DNA of 63,048 nucleotides, filler included, from Rhabdomonas costata (Eukaryota): NCBI GenBank assembly GCA_019059605.1. It is 31 parts of 31 records of this genome, joined end to end, with 100 filler letters (N's around TTAATTAATTAA, not from the genome) between each part and the next. Parts side by side here need not be neighbours in the genome. Positions count along the whole stretch, not along the records: positions 10,191 to 12,128 come from JAHMHO010007184.1; positions 12,229 to 14,166 come from JAHMHO010007185.1; positions 14,267 to 16,204 come from JAHMHO010007186.1; positions 16,305 to 18,244 come from JAHMHO010007187.1; positions 18,345 to 20,280 come from JAHMHO010007188.1; positions 20,381 to 22,317 come from JAHMHO010007189.1; positions 22,418 to 24,354 come from JAHMHO010007190.1; 24 more parts are not named here. One strand, 5' to 3'. Shown piece by piece: positions 11,613 to 24,211 of this stretch (position 1 is its first letter; each line of letters starts with the position of its first letter). The notes under the pieces were generated by a model. It saw only the letters and a program-made list of their open reading frames with translations, ran no database searches and was not told where the DNA came from. The position numbers and the translations under genes were made by a program.

Positions 11613-14013
11613 GCATATCCATATCAGCCTACCTTGCGGCCTTGCTTTGCTCGTCCCCACCGCCCGTTTTTGTCGTGGTTCTTTCGAGCTTCACCTAAGA
11701 CATGATCTCGGAGGGGTTCCTCCCTAAACCCTCCTGGAACGAGGGGCCAATTGAATTGAGCTGTGGAGCCACCTTCCTTTTTTTTGTTTTGTGAAACGTC
11801 ATGTGAAATTTTAACCGATGCAACTGTTCATCAGAAATTTGACTTGGACACAACGTGGGCAGAGAAAGGAAGTTCTCAAGGGCAGGGGAAGGGAAGACGA
11901 AGAGGAAGAGAAAGACGAACAGGCGACGGGCAATCGCCAACGGGCGGGTGCGCGAGGGAAATGGAATAACACGAAATAAATGATGCACAAAAAACGCAAT
12001 CCAGGGGAAGGGGAAGGGAAGGGGATGTACAATATGACAAAGGAAGGCAAGACGGGGGTGTCCTCTGAAGTGAGCGGAGAGGACGTTCTAAGTGGCCCAA
12101 CTATTAGTTAATTAGGAGCCCACCCACANNNNNNNNNNNNNNNNNNNNNNNNNNNNNNNNNNNNNNNNNNNNTTAATTAATTAANNNNNNNNNNNNNNNN
12201 NNNNNNNNNNNNNNNNNNNNNNNNNNNNTAGTTTGGTGTACCCCGCTTCCCGTGGTCTCCGTATTCAGCTGCTTCGTTCCGTGTCTGAGTGGGCAGGCAT
12301 GGGTTGCGTGAAGTTTGTGGCCCTGGTTTCTTGAGGGGTTATAACTCCCCGTCCGTCCGATTGCTTTCTTCGCGGGTTCTTTTACTCTTTCGCTTGTTGT
12401 CTGCTTGTGTCTCCTTGTGGCAAGCAGCAATTTTATAGCTGTGCAGGAGGTAATGCTGAGTTCCTGGCATCGACCATGGAACCCCCTGATCTGCCGCTTC
12501 CAAGCAGCCAGGCAGCTGTTGTGTACATTAATTCCTCGCTTGCTTGGACGTCGCCAGAGGAATCCATTGACGTCCTTGGCGTCGATGTCCCGTGCGTAGC
12601 TCCTCGCTTTCATTCGTTTGTTTTCCACTGTTCATCTTTTTGCTTTTTTCTGCCTGTTGTTGCTCGGTTTGAGTTTGTGCTACCTGTGTCTCGCATGTCT
12701 GCTTTTTTTGCTATGTGCATCCGGATGGCTCCCCCTAAATTTCCGGTTCTGGGTTGTGTTACAGCTGGCTCGATGCCCGAGAGATCACTGGATTTCTCTC
12801 TCCCATTGTCTTGGCTTGACCTCGTTCTCGCCACGTTCTTCTTGCCTGCTTACGTACCTACCTAACTGCCTGCCCTTTTTCTTATTGGTTGTGGGGAACT
12901 GCTTCCTTGCCTTTTGCTTCTTCTTTTCGCATCAGATTCATTTAAGAACCTTTCGTGGTGGTTCGGCCGATTTGAGTGTGATTGCTCTCTGGACTGATGT
13001 TGTTTGGGGTTCAGTTTCCATCTTCTTGAGTAAGGCATTAGCATTAGCATATGCCGCAAACACCAGGCCACTGTGGCTTTTTCATTGTCATTTTTTCTGC
13101 TCGAAATCATAGTAATTGCTGCAAACGCCACCGGAAACAAGTTTCCACTGAATAAAATGCCTGGATTAGTGAAATGGAGCGCGTTAAACCGTCAAGGGCC
13201 CGCACATTTTTGCACAAGCTGAAGGAAGGACGGGGATGAAGGGGAAGAGACGGTAGCTCGTGCACACTCTATTGTGAGGCATTTTAGGGTTGGGGTCCTT
13301 GAACATTCTCTCCTGGATACCGCTCCTCTTCGTAATGAGGCCACCCGGAAACTGAGAGATCAGTCTGTAAAATTCCGAACAGTCTTTTTCCTTCGGAAAC
13401 GTCCGTTTCCTTCCCATCACAAAAAGTAGTGTGTCAAACATCACTCATCACTGTTGCCCACAAGCGCAGTCGGCGTGACCTCATTTCCTGTTCGCAATCG
13501 TGGGGAGGGTGGGTGGCCACAAAAATATAAATGATTGCTGGAATTTGCGTGGAGTGAAATAGTGTGAAATGGGTTTGTGTATTGACTGGAGTTGTGCAGT
13601 TGGTTACTCTGGTTTTATGCCGCTGGTCTCATAATCGTAGTGTAAGTGGAGATGAGCGAAACCTGGTTTACCCGGCCGAAGGCGCGGCGATTTTTTGGAG
13701 TATATCACCGGTCCTTTCAGACTTTTAGGTACACAGTGCAAGGCAAAGTTGCGGTGTAAAGAACAGTTGACATTACTTTCGTTGCGTACCACGGTGAAAA
13801 TATGAAAAGCTCCCTAACTTCATGCGAGAAGAATAACAAAATCTGAACATTGGTAATGCTCCCTAACCCCAGGTGAGAAGAATAACAAAATCCCACGCAC
13901 GAGAATCACTGAAAGTAGCCGTCTCGGATGTGCTCACAAAGAGTCACAAAGGGGTCCGCAGAGCCAATTTTATGGCGCCACTGGAACTCCTTCAAATATC
14001 CCAAGAGGTGGTC

Positions 14014-14140
14014 GGTGTTTGCACCGCCCTTAGCAGCGAGCCAAATTTTGAGGTTCCCCAAGCTCCATCGATCCCCTGAGTGCTGACAGTCCTCAATTTA
14101 CCGCGAAATTTGGCTCGCTGCTAAGGGCGGTGCAAACACC
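14014..14140. repeat. Perfect 35-bp inverted repeat with a 57-bp spacer
   Basis: GGTGTTTGCACCGCCCTTAGCAGCGAGCCAAATTT (14014-14048) is the exact reverse complement of 14106-14140. Confidence 0.95.
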
Positions 14141-14315
14141 CACCACCAAACACACCAAAACACCACNNNNNNNNNNNNNNNNNNNNNNNNNNNNNNNNNN
14201 NNNNNNNNNNTTAATTAATTAANNNNNNNNNNNNNNNNNNNNNNNNNNNNNNNNNNNNNNNNNNNNTTTTTTTGTTTCGCCGCATTTTTGTTCGCATTTT
14301 CTTCTGTGGGTTCAG

Positions 14316-15721
14316 GACATCAAGCTGGTTACTGATGCGTTTCTTGTTGGACGCTGGGAGATTCCTCCTGCCCAGGTGATTCCTTCCGGTATGGCACTGC
14401 CAACGACCTTTTTTTACCTGTAGGACAACAGATTGAAGTGCGGCAGACCGGCGGGGAATGGGCACCCACTTCTTCTAAACAAAGAAGTCAAGAGAGTTTC
14501 AGAAGAGTTTCAGAAGAATGTGGAGGGTCGAAAACGAAGACGATGGCAATCGTTAGCACGCGATGGCGGTCGATGGCGCGGGTTAGCGCAAGATGGAGTT
14601 TTCACACACCCTTACTGCAACTCATGCCGAGCCATCGTCTCGTCCAGTCGCGCGAGCACGCGTTCCTGTCGTCGCACTGTTACTTCAGGGCAAGCGGGGA
14701 TCATGGGCGTCTGCAACAGGGACAACGAGCCTCGCGGGGTGCAGGGCATTGTCCTGTACGAGGGTGAGGACTTCGTGGCCTGCATGGCGTTTTCGAACCC
14801 TTACGTTGGTACAGCGTTGCATTGAACTTTCTACTTTGAAATGGGTTAACTGAAATGAATTGACCTTTTGGGGGCTTTTATTGGTTTGTGCAACCCGATG
14901 CCTCGCGGCGAGTCGACACAGAGAGGAATAGGCAAACTCGGTTGCGGTTCCTGGTTGGAGTCTGACCACTCCTGCTTCTTTGCAACCGTTTCCATTCCTT
15001 TTTCACGCGTACGTCCGGTAGGGTGTCGTGTCCGCAAAAGGGTGTGTTTCTACGTCTCAGTGGGACTTCCGGGCACCTTTTCTTTTTGCCTCCTCAGGGT
15101 CGTGCAAGACGTACGCTGAAGTCCGTGATCGAGGATGCTGGTGCGTACTTTTGGGTTTCTCGGTGCTGTGTCTGCCTGTAAAGATTTCAACGACACCCTC
15201 CGGCCACTTTTCTGTTTATTTTCTCTCTTTGTTTTCGCGCTACAGTCGTCAACACACTGACCTCTTTTCAAAACGCTGAGCGACGAATTTCCTATTTTTC
15301 ACCCCCTCTTCCAGGAGCCCCAGGAGGGAGCACATGATAATTCCTCACCTTGACACTTCATTCTAACAACCTGGGTTTGGCAAAAAAAAATACTGTTTGG
15401 GAAGACGAAGACGAAAAAAAAAAGATGGATTGGTGTTCATGAGAATCAGCTGCAAATCTCTCTCTTTCTCGCCTAGCTGCCAAGATTATGACACTGTGGG
15501 AGTGGGGGTACAGGACCTATAGCAACGGGGAGACTCAACTGGTGCCCAACACCCTGGACCTCTTGATGGAAGGGCTCACCAGCAAAGGGGGGAGGACTCA
15601 GCACACCGTTCGCTCTGGCAAGGCTGAGTACAGTGTGAGCTTTGAGGGCTCGCGGGTCCAGGTCTTCACCCTTACGAAAAAGCTGCTGGGCACCTCGGTG
15701 GGTGCGGGAAAGGGGACCTAA
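14316..15721 (+). CDS. Aegerolysin/Cry34/actinoporin-like beta-sandwich protein, partial, at least 4 exons
   Basis: Exons 14316-14388, 14689-14808 and 15098-15140 join in frame: DIKLVTDAFLVGRWEIPPAQVIPSGQAGIMGVCNRDNEPRGVQGIVLYEGEDFVACMAFSNPYVGSCKTYAEVRDRGCW. A last exon (acceptor uncertain, ~15514) ends ..AEYSVSFEGSRVQVFTLTKK..GT* at 15721. The pattern is GxW..PP..I.xG..GVxGxVxY..FxNPYxG. Confidence 0.6.
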
Positions 15722-16493
15722 AGGTGGAGAATTGTCGTTTGACGAGTGTTTGACTGATTCGGTTGTATAGTATGTCGTTTGGGCGACTTTGCTTCGGTGA
15801 AGCTGTCGAGTGTGTTGCGGACACTGGGACGAGGACTTTGGGCCCGTTGGGCCTCGAGGAACAGCTCGTGATTCCTCTTTCTTCTATGAGGTTTTCAGGA
15901 GAGTTTGAGCTTGCCTTGGTCAAGTGCGGAACTCAGGCTCTTTGTCAGTCTGCCGCGGAGCTGGCTGCTTTGTCATCACCAAAAGGGCAGCCAGCAACAC
16001 GCTTCTGCTGAAAACAGCCGAGTGGATGTGCCAACTAACGTGAACTTCCCTTTAGACTGGAACTATAACTTGGACTGAAAATACCCTGCATTCTTGAAAC
16101 TTTTAACGTGAGACTTTCACTGAAATTTAATTTTAACTATCATGAAACTTGCAGCCAACGTTTTCTTCTTCGTGTTTTCTCGCAAAAAAGAAAAACAAAA
16201 CCCCNNNNNNNNNNNNNNNNNNNNNNNNNNNNNNNNNNNNNNNNNNNNTTAATTAATTAANNNNNNNNNNNNNNNNNNNNNNNNNNNNNNNNNNNNNNNN
16301 NNNNTGTGTGTGGGAAGAGAGGTGGAAGGAGTGTAGTCAGTGGGTTTCCACATAGGTGGGTTAGGTGGGTTTTCCACAAGTGGGTAAGTGGGGTAGACGG
16401 TGTGAAATAGTTTAGGTAGGACGATCCATGGACGTTTCTTCTTTGTCTTTGTGTTTGCATTCTTTGTTTCCTCTTTCAGGTGCAAGGCAGAAA

Positions 16494-16853
16494 TTTCCAG
16501 AGCGGAGTACCCTTTCCAGACTCCAGACTCAGGTCTTGGTTGGAAGGTGGTGGAAGGTGAGGAGGGAGGGGAACCTCTCCCCCTCGTTTGCCAGCTCCAG
16601 AGTTTCTCTAGCTGGTTGTGGTTTCTCCCAACTGCTGTAGTATTTAGTTAGCTACTTGTTCCAGAGTTCCTGCTTTCAGAGTCCAGTGTTCTTGGATCTA
16701 CCCTTCCAGAGTTTCATCCCTACTTTCAGAGCTTTGTGTGTGTGTGCGTCTGGAGGGTGGGTTTCCAGAGCGTTTGTGGGTTGTGACTGACTTCAGAGCT
16801 ACTGTGCTTCCAGAGTTGTGGAGATGTCCCAGACCCCTAAGCCCCCTTCAGAG
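16494..16853 (+). repeat. Dispersed array of about 13 YTYCAGA(G) motifs
   Basis: TTCCAGA/CTCCAGA/TTTCAGA/CTTCAGA at about 16495, 16514, 16521, 16596, 16659, 16674, 16704, 16724, 16763, 16791, 16808 and 16846, plus a TCCCAGA variant at ~16827. Confidence 0.8.
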
Positions 16854-18244
16854 AAGCATTACTGGGCAGTTTTGAACGTGTTTGTGTGGGCCAATCTGCA
16901 GAATCGGTATGAGGCTTGTGTGCAGTGCTTTGATAAGTATTCCACAGATTTGGAGAAGGTGCGAAAAGAGACTGCAGCGACTGAATAGTAGATGCTCGGG
17001 AGTGGTAGAAAGTACCACGAGGTGGATGAATGCAGTGCAGTGGATTTCAGATTGGTACAAGGACAGGAAAGAGAATGCAGAGATCACAAATCTAGTGGGT
17101 ATTATGGAGCAGGGAAGAGTTGAGATGGCTAAGGCTATGCAGGAGTTTAACGAGTGGAGGATGGTTGCCAAGGTATTTCCACAGTTACCGACCCTAGTAC
17201 CATTCCACCAGTGTTGGATGATCATGCAATGGTGGCGTATGTGATGGAGGTGGTTGAACAGATTGAGGGATCGGTTCTGATTTCAGAACGGGAGAATATC
17301 GAGGGGTTGCTTAATGAGATTCTGAGGAGGAAGCTAGTTTCCAGAGAGTTGTTGTCCCAGCTTCCAGAGACGAGGCAGTGGGTGAAGTATGTCCCTCGGG
17401 CCCCGAAGCCTCCTACACAGGCACCAGTTGCAGATACGTTAGGAGAGATTTTGCGACAGCTTATGATGGGTAGGGGACCGTTGGTGGAACCTCCAAGAGG
17501 AGGTAATGCACAACAAGGGACGGGAACCACAATGACAGTGGTGGCCAGAGCCACGCCATCGACTTCCACAGAGAGTGCAGTTCCCAAGGCGGCTACAGAG
17601 ACAGTTCCGAAGTTGAGGCCAGCGTTGGTACAGCATTCGGTTACGGAAACCAAGATGGAGCGTAGCGAGGCCCCTGGTGCAGTCTACAAGCATACGTGGG
17701 CAGGGACCAGTTCCATACCTTTTTTCCCAAGCCTAAACCAAGCCAGACGACCCAAATTGAAGGGATTTCCACAGGCAACAGGCCGTCATCATCCACATCC
17801 ACATATGCGGGAGCTGTTCAGAAAGTTGGTGAGAAGACTCGGACTGTAGTGGTTTGCGACCCTGCAGAGGTAAGTTGGGGTTGGGGAAGTGGTGGAAATG
17901 AAGCGATGCAGACGGATGGACCATGGTGGGGAGCCACCCCACAAGCCACTTCTTCCACAATACCCTCGAGGTCATCCACAGTACCAAGTGAAGCTGTTGC
18001 AAAGCCCAAACCATCCACAGTTCCAGAGTCAGACCCAATGGTGAAGGAGAGAGATAGCAGACCACTTCCAGAGGGAGCTTTGCCAAGAACTAAGGATGCA
18101 GAGTATTGGGAGGCTTTGAGTTGGTTGGTTCCAGGGGATATCTTGTCAGGAAGACTCCCAATCCTTCCAGATCAGTACCATCTTCCTCCACAGACCAAGT
18201 ACGAGGTTGAGAGGCGTTTCATGGGGTTGCATGGTTTGAATACC
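16824..18244 (+). pseudogene. Intronless frameshifted long ORF, probably a gag/ORF1-like region of an unclassified repeat element
   Basis: ATG at 16824 (MSQTPKPPSEKHYWAVL..) is followed by overlapping protein-like ORFs 16882-17244, 17154-17849 and 17696-18244 that hand over by frameshift. No introns were recognised, unlike host genes, and no catalytic motif was seen. Confidence 0.4.
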
Positions 18245-18439
18245 NNNNNNNNNNNNNNNNNNNNNNNNNNNNNNNNNNNNNNNNNNNNTTAATTAATTAA
18301 NNNNNNNNNNNNNNNNNNNNNNNNNNNNNNNNNNNNNNNNNNNNGAACAAGTCGGGTTTTATTAAGTTGACCGAAAAGTGAGCCGAATTTGTGCAGTATG
18401 TTTTTGAGTTTCTCGTTCTGATACTGTGCGCGCACCCAG

Positions 18440-19873
18440 GGAGGCTTCCCTCGATGTTTCGGCGGCTCTTCCCGTGGGGCCGAGGGCTGTGCCACGCTTA
18501 CTGGGCGCCCAACTTCTGGGCCCTTTACAACCTCGCCGACCGGATGCTGTGTGCGGGTGTGGTGGTGGTGGTGGTTCACCCATCTGTGTGCAGTGTGCAC
18601 ATCCGTGTCCCTTTTGTGATGGAAGCGCATTGATCGTCATTATCATCATTCATAGGAGCCTTCTGGGCAACAGCACCAGTGCCTTTTGCTGCTATTTTCC
18701 ATTGCGTCCGCCACTTTCTCTGGTGTCCGGTGGCAAGTTTATGCTTCGGGTTGTAGATGGGTGTGTTGGTTTTCAGAGACGTCCCTCCCACCACGAAAAA
18801 ACCTATCCTTGGCCTTCTTTTGGTTTGAGTGTTTCGCAGTGATTCGTCTCCCTCTCCCGATCTTCCCTTTCTTTTGGGGGGGATGTGCTGCCTCTTACCT
18901 TTTTGCGTCGTTCCTGTGTGCTCAGCCGTGGCACGAGCGGTGGGTGGGCCCTCGCTGGCTGCGCAGCGTTGCCCAGCACTGAGCTCCAAGGGGCTGGTGG
19001 GGCATGGCAGTGGTGTGGCGGCCCAGGCCCCCACCCACGCCGCGCTGCCCTCGGTCAGCCCTGTAATGTCCATCGGCCTTGTGGTGGCGTTCTGCGCGGT
19101 ACTCGGCTCTCTTTTCTCTCTATTTGAGTGTGTTCTTTGCTGAGGAGAAGGATATGGCTGAGTGAAAGAGTGAAAGTGCGCACACATCGGACAAGAACAT
19201 GACAATGTAGTCACCAACATCGTTGCCAGCTGCTGCTCCACTTTGAACCCTGGCTGTTTGTCTCAGGAGAGGGAGTTCGGGGCGGGAGCGGGACCCCTCT
19301 TTTCTTGCGCCGTGCTGTCCAGATGGACTCAGTTGATGGACTCATACGTTGTGTCATGTGCCAATGGCATTTGTTAATTAATGATTTCAGTTTGCTTCAC
19401 AAACGCCGCGAAAGAAGACAGGAACCGACACTGGTCTCATAATCAGAGGCACCGGGGGCCAGGTCACGGTACAGCACAGTTTGGTGCCGTGGCGGTGTAA
19501 ATAGTCCGCAAAAACGTGTCTGTGGAGTGGGGTGCGAATGGGTTCAGGAACAAAAGGACAAGTTTGTAATGTGATCTGTGAAGAGGTCAAGAGGAAAGCG
19601 GCGAAACACTACTGTCTCCACTATGTAGCCCACGCTCTCCTCCGTAGTATGTCGTCCCCTTGATCACTTTATCTCCTCTTTCGCAGCCCATGGTGTGGGG
19701 GGTTTGGCGGACTGCGGCACTGCAGCCACAGTCGCGGGGTGGTGTGGTGGATGTGGTGGGGCGGCTGTGACGCTTCCTTTGGTGCTGGCCTTCGTGCTGT
19801 CGGCGTACAGCTTCTTTCTGTTCGGGTGGCATGTCCACGAGAAGGCCATCCTGATGGTGCTGCTCCCTTTGAG
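18440..19873 (+). CDS. ALG8: Dolichyl-P-Glc alpha-1,3-glucosyltransferase ALG8, internal exons
   Basis: Exon 18440-18556 [28 protein letters not shown]; exon 18926-19098 ..[16 protein letters not shown]..; exon 19687-19873 PMVWGVWR../..[25 protein letters not shown]. There is a frame break within the third exon. Confidence 0.92.
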
Positions 19874-22811
19874 GTGTGCACGGGCCTGTCTGTGTTTTTC
19901 CAGGGGGGGTTGCATTCTCTCTCTGCCCTTACCGTCCCCCACGTGGTTGGGATGCCTAGCTCTGCATTCTTTCCAACAGGTTGTCAACCTGTTATGTGAT
20001 TATTCGCCATCCTTGCAACCCCAAACTTACGAGCACCCAATTGCAAGCGCAATTAACAGCCCGGCACCGATTCTTCAACTTTTACAGGTATGCTTGACTT
20101 TGTGCGCGGGTGTTTGCATTGCAAGCTATGCCACCTCACATCCTGAAGTCACGAAGCCACTCAGTGACTCAAGTCAAGGCAACATTGCCCAAGTTAAGGG
20201 AGTGGTGATTCGGATTGCTGAGGGTCTTTCAGAGAATCCTCAGCGATAGTCAGCGAGATCCGTGCGGCGCCCCACCCCCCNNNNNNNNNNNNNNNNNNNN
20301 NNNNNNNNNNNNNNNNNNNNNNNNTTAATTAATTAANNNNNNNNNNNNNNNNNNNNNNNNNNNNNNNNNNNNNNNNNNNNTGTGGGTGTGTTTGGGTTTG
20401 GGGTGATGACAGGCCAAAAGCTTCTTGTCTGGCAGCCGTAAGAGACCCGCGGGAATCACGTCTACGCTACACTCCACCTTTTTATAGAGTGGGAACAATA
20501 ACAGACTTTTTTGGTGGAAGAAAAATATTGGCGCCTGGACGGCTTCGATTTCCATACACCAACTCAAAAGTTTGCAGTTGCCCTTAAGGGATGAGTGTAG
20601 GAGCTCAGGTAAGGCTGGTGACGAGTTGATGCGAGCGGGGAAACTGTCCAATGCTCAATCAATGCCAGGGGAGAAGTGGATGAGCACCATCGCAAAAACG
20701 TTGTCAGTTGGAGAACTTACCATTCGTTGCACCCGGCTCTGCTGAAAATCTCATGGCGGTTGGCGGTTGTGCAGGACGTCTCTCCACTTCGCTGGCAGGT
20801 TATGAATATATCGGCTTTTTTTTTGGGGCGGTCTTTTCAACGCACAGAAAGCATTCGCATTCCCTTCAAAGTGACACTCTCTCGTATCAAGTTGGCCACT
20901 AAGGCACTCACAGTTCCATTGTATCGTGGTGCCCATTTTTCGAAGTCTTAACGGCTATTTGCCTGGCGACATGGAAATAATGCGTAGCTGTTCAGCTCCC
21001 TATCCTCCCTGCTTTCTCCCTCGCTTCCGTTGCTGTTGCATTCTTTCTGGCGGTGCTTCCTTCGAATGACGACTTTGGTTTTTGGCAGGTGCATTTCGAC
21101 TTTTGGCCTGCCCTCCTTCACCCGCGGAGGACCTGGGGTTGATATTATTTGTGTCTTCTTTCTGGTCATCGCTGACCTTTGTGGAGGGCCCCTCCCACCT
21201 TCCTCGCTGCTGCCGCATCCCTCAGCCCGAGAGGCGGCGGGGCTGATTATCAACTGTACAGTGCAGTCGCCGGTTTTTTTCGTCTTTCTTGGGGCGGGCC
21301 GTATAGCCGCGGCTGCGCCGCCTTGACACCACCTTGGCTCGCTCGCGGTGATGGTTGTCGTATCGGTTAACCTTGGAGAGGTAGTTTGTGTGTATGTGTG
21401 TGGTACCCGGCATCAGTAGTACCATGACACCATGATACCATGGTACCCGCTCACAAAAAATAAGCAATCCAACATTAAGTACCTACACCTGTATATCCTG
21501 GAATCCCAGGGAACATGTGTAATGCCACGTAATCCCCAGAATACGCTGTTGGCTTTTGCATTGGGCTCGCTCATACTCTGTGGAGCTGAACCCAACAGAA
21601 TTAAACCAGCAGCTTCTCGAAAGGCCTGCCTCTGAACGAGGATGGAGACTGAGGATGAACCTGCGATGCCAGTGCGTTTAGTTGAAACTATTTTTTTTCT
21701 TAGAATCTGTGCATCAACTTGAAGACGTACCAGCTAAATGGTGACATCCCTTCACCTCAACCTAACCTGAGGAGTGTGCTGTTTCTGGCTGACCACTCTG
21801 AGCGGCGCACATCGGCAACCTTTCGGTAACCTCGCCGTCGCATATTGTGCCTACGAAGCCGATTGCATGAGCTAAAACAGCACTCGTATCGATGAGTGGA
21901 AGTGGTGTTGAGAAGCAACACATCAGAGGCAGGGTGCAGTGCTAGGTGTTGTCCTTTGGGTGGGGGCGACCTCAGTTAGACAGGCGGTGGACGGCGCTGG
22001 ACACAAATAATCTGTAACAATAAACTGAAACGAAATCCGCCTAGCCATTTAGCAGAATACTTCTGCATCGCACTCTTCAAAATAGCGGAAAAGCAGGCAG
22101 TAATTCCAGACCTGGAATGCAGTAAAAGCATTCAGAAATAATGCACTTGAACAGTATGAAATGTCTTCGGGCTTCTTTCACTCATATCATGAAGAAAACA
22201 GTGAACTGAGTGAATTCAACATCGAGCTTTGAAAACACATTCAACCTGTCGAGCCACCGCTTCGGTCACCAGAACGGAGGACTCGAAGGCCTTGCAAGCC
22301 AATTTCTGAAGCAGAACNNNNNNNNNNNNNNNNNNNNNNNNNNNNNNNNNNNNNNNNNNNNTTAATTAATTAANNNNNNNNNNNNNNNNNNNNNNNNNNN
22401 NNNNNNNNNNNNNNNNNCCGACAATATCGGTGAAAATCGAAAAATTTCCCCCCTCCAAACCTCTGTAAGTCCGAAATGTCTCCTTTTTTGGAAACGTTTT
22501 TCCACCTCTCAGTTTTGAGGTGAAACGGGCAATATCATTGGATCCAAACGGAAGGGAGATTCTTCAGGGCTTGTTGAGTGCCAAAGGGTCCAAAGTTCCC
22601 CTATGTTCTTTTTTTGCAAAGTCAGGAACTTTTCCATGTTTTCCAAGCAGAGTGATAGGTCGCAAAAGCAAGTCAATGTTCCCTGCATTTGTTGTGTGCT
22701 TCGAGGCACAAACAAAACATCATCCAGGGTGAATAAACATGAGAAGAAAACTACGCCAGATTGACCTTCGCGCACACACAAACTCACACACTCACACACC
22801 AACAGGAATAC

Positions 22812-24211
22812 CTTGTTGGTACACGCTGGGCACGATGCTGACAAAGTACTTCACGGTTGCCACGGAGTCTAAGAAAAGGCAAAGACCCAGACGACCGCAA
22901 ACGCGTGCTCGCTACTCATGAAGACGCAAATGAATCGTGGGGAGTAGAGGGGGAAGGGGGGCGGTGGAGCAAAACACAAAGTTCAATTTTCAATATCAAC
23001 CTAAGCAACCCGCGAGAAATCGAGAAAATGGAACGATATGAAGAAACAACTTGCGCGAAGAAAAAACAGAAAGCCTGCAGTAGAACCCAGACCAGAACAC
23101 ACATAAACACGCACGCATACCTCAGAACAAAGCACAACACACTCACACACAACACGCATGCACACCTGGTGGAGTGATGAAGCGGGTGCCGTCCAAGGGG
23201 AATGCTACCCCGCGCTTCCCCAGACGGCGCACCCCACGGCGCCCAAAGGAGAGGTGGTGGATGACGTGCGAGGTGTTGAACGTGGAGCTTGGACTCAGGT
23301 TGATGTGCACGTGCCCCAGGCCTGAACCCCAATAACGTGCCCAACGTTAAAGGTTCCGCCTACAGCAAACAAAGCGGCCCAGAGATAACCACCTGTAAAG
23401 TCAGTGACAGAGTTGCGGAAACGCATCTATACACATCAGCAAACAAGGGGATTCCGAGACCCATGGACACTTTCGATCAAACGGCAAGAACGAGCGGAGC
23501 AGTAAAGCTCAACCTTCCCCTGTTTTTCATTCCCTTCCTTCTCAACCACCAGCGACGTTGCTCCGGAAGGAAACAATGCTGACATGCCGACATGCGGTCA
23601 TCCCAAGCAGCAAACAAGAGAATAGCGAGACAGTTTTCCTGTATTAGACGGCTGCCCCACCACTCAAGAAAAAGCAGAATAACAGCATAGCTTCGTCGAA
23701 AACTAGGAGTTAAGAGAATAGTGCACCGACCTCGGTTGCCCATGAAGTTCGCTGCACAAAAGAGAAGACAATGCCATGAACCACATCAGCAAAAGAAGAT
23801 GCCCACGTCTTCTTATTGCCGCTCGATGAATGCACACTGGTGAAGGTCAGTTCAATTAGAGAATCTCCGGGGAGAGTGCAGTGGACACTGATGCTCAAGA
23901 AGATGGGGAGCACAATTTCGGAAAGCGCTCATGTGAGGCGTTTGCTCTGGTCGGCAAATGTTACATCACTTAATACTTAAACGATTCCAATTTGTAACCT
24001 TCTCCCCAAACTTCTGTAACACAGACAGTTGAAATGAAACGACAGAATAACGGGAGGGGCACGAAAAACGCGTGCATCAACCCAACACAGAGTGCGGACC
24101 TCCCTCCATAGCCAGCCCAGGGGCAAAGTGGATGTTACCCTTGACCTTCTGAAGAAAAACTGTGCCGTGCACATTGCACCCCGGGTACATCTGGTATAGC
24201 CCCGGCAGGCA
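22812..24211 (-). CDS. ER-Golgi intermediate compartment protein (Erv46/ERGIC3 family), internal exons
   Basis: Exons 24211-24100 (YPGCNVHGTVFLQKVKGNIHFAPG), 23321-23166 (FNTSHVIHHLSFG..FPLDG) and 22868-22812 (VKYFVSIVPSVY) are all phase-compatible GT-AG. Confidence 0.88.

Noticed and set aside
15314..15370. Euglenid-type non-conventional (stem-forming) intron in the aegerolysin-like gene
   Set aside because: Only about 6 bp of complementarity (CCCAGG/CCTGGG), and a canonical phase-2 AG alternative exists. No convincing non-conventional intron was found in the window.
16494..16853. CRISPR-like array
   Set aside because: The repeat is only 7-8 nt, the spacing is irregular, and the context is eukaryotic with no cas genes.
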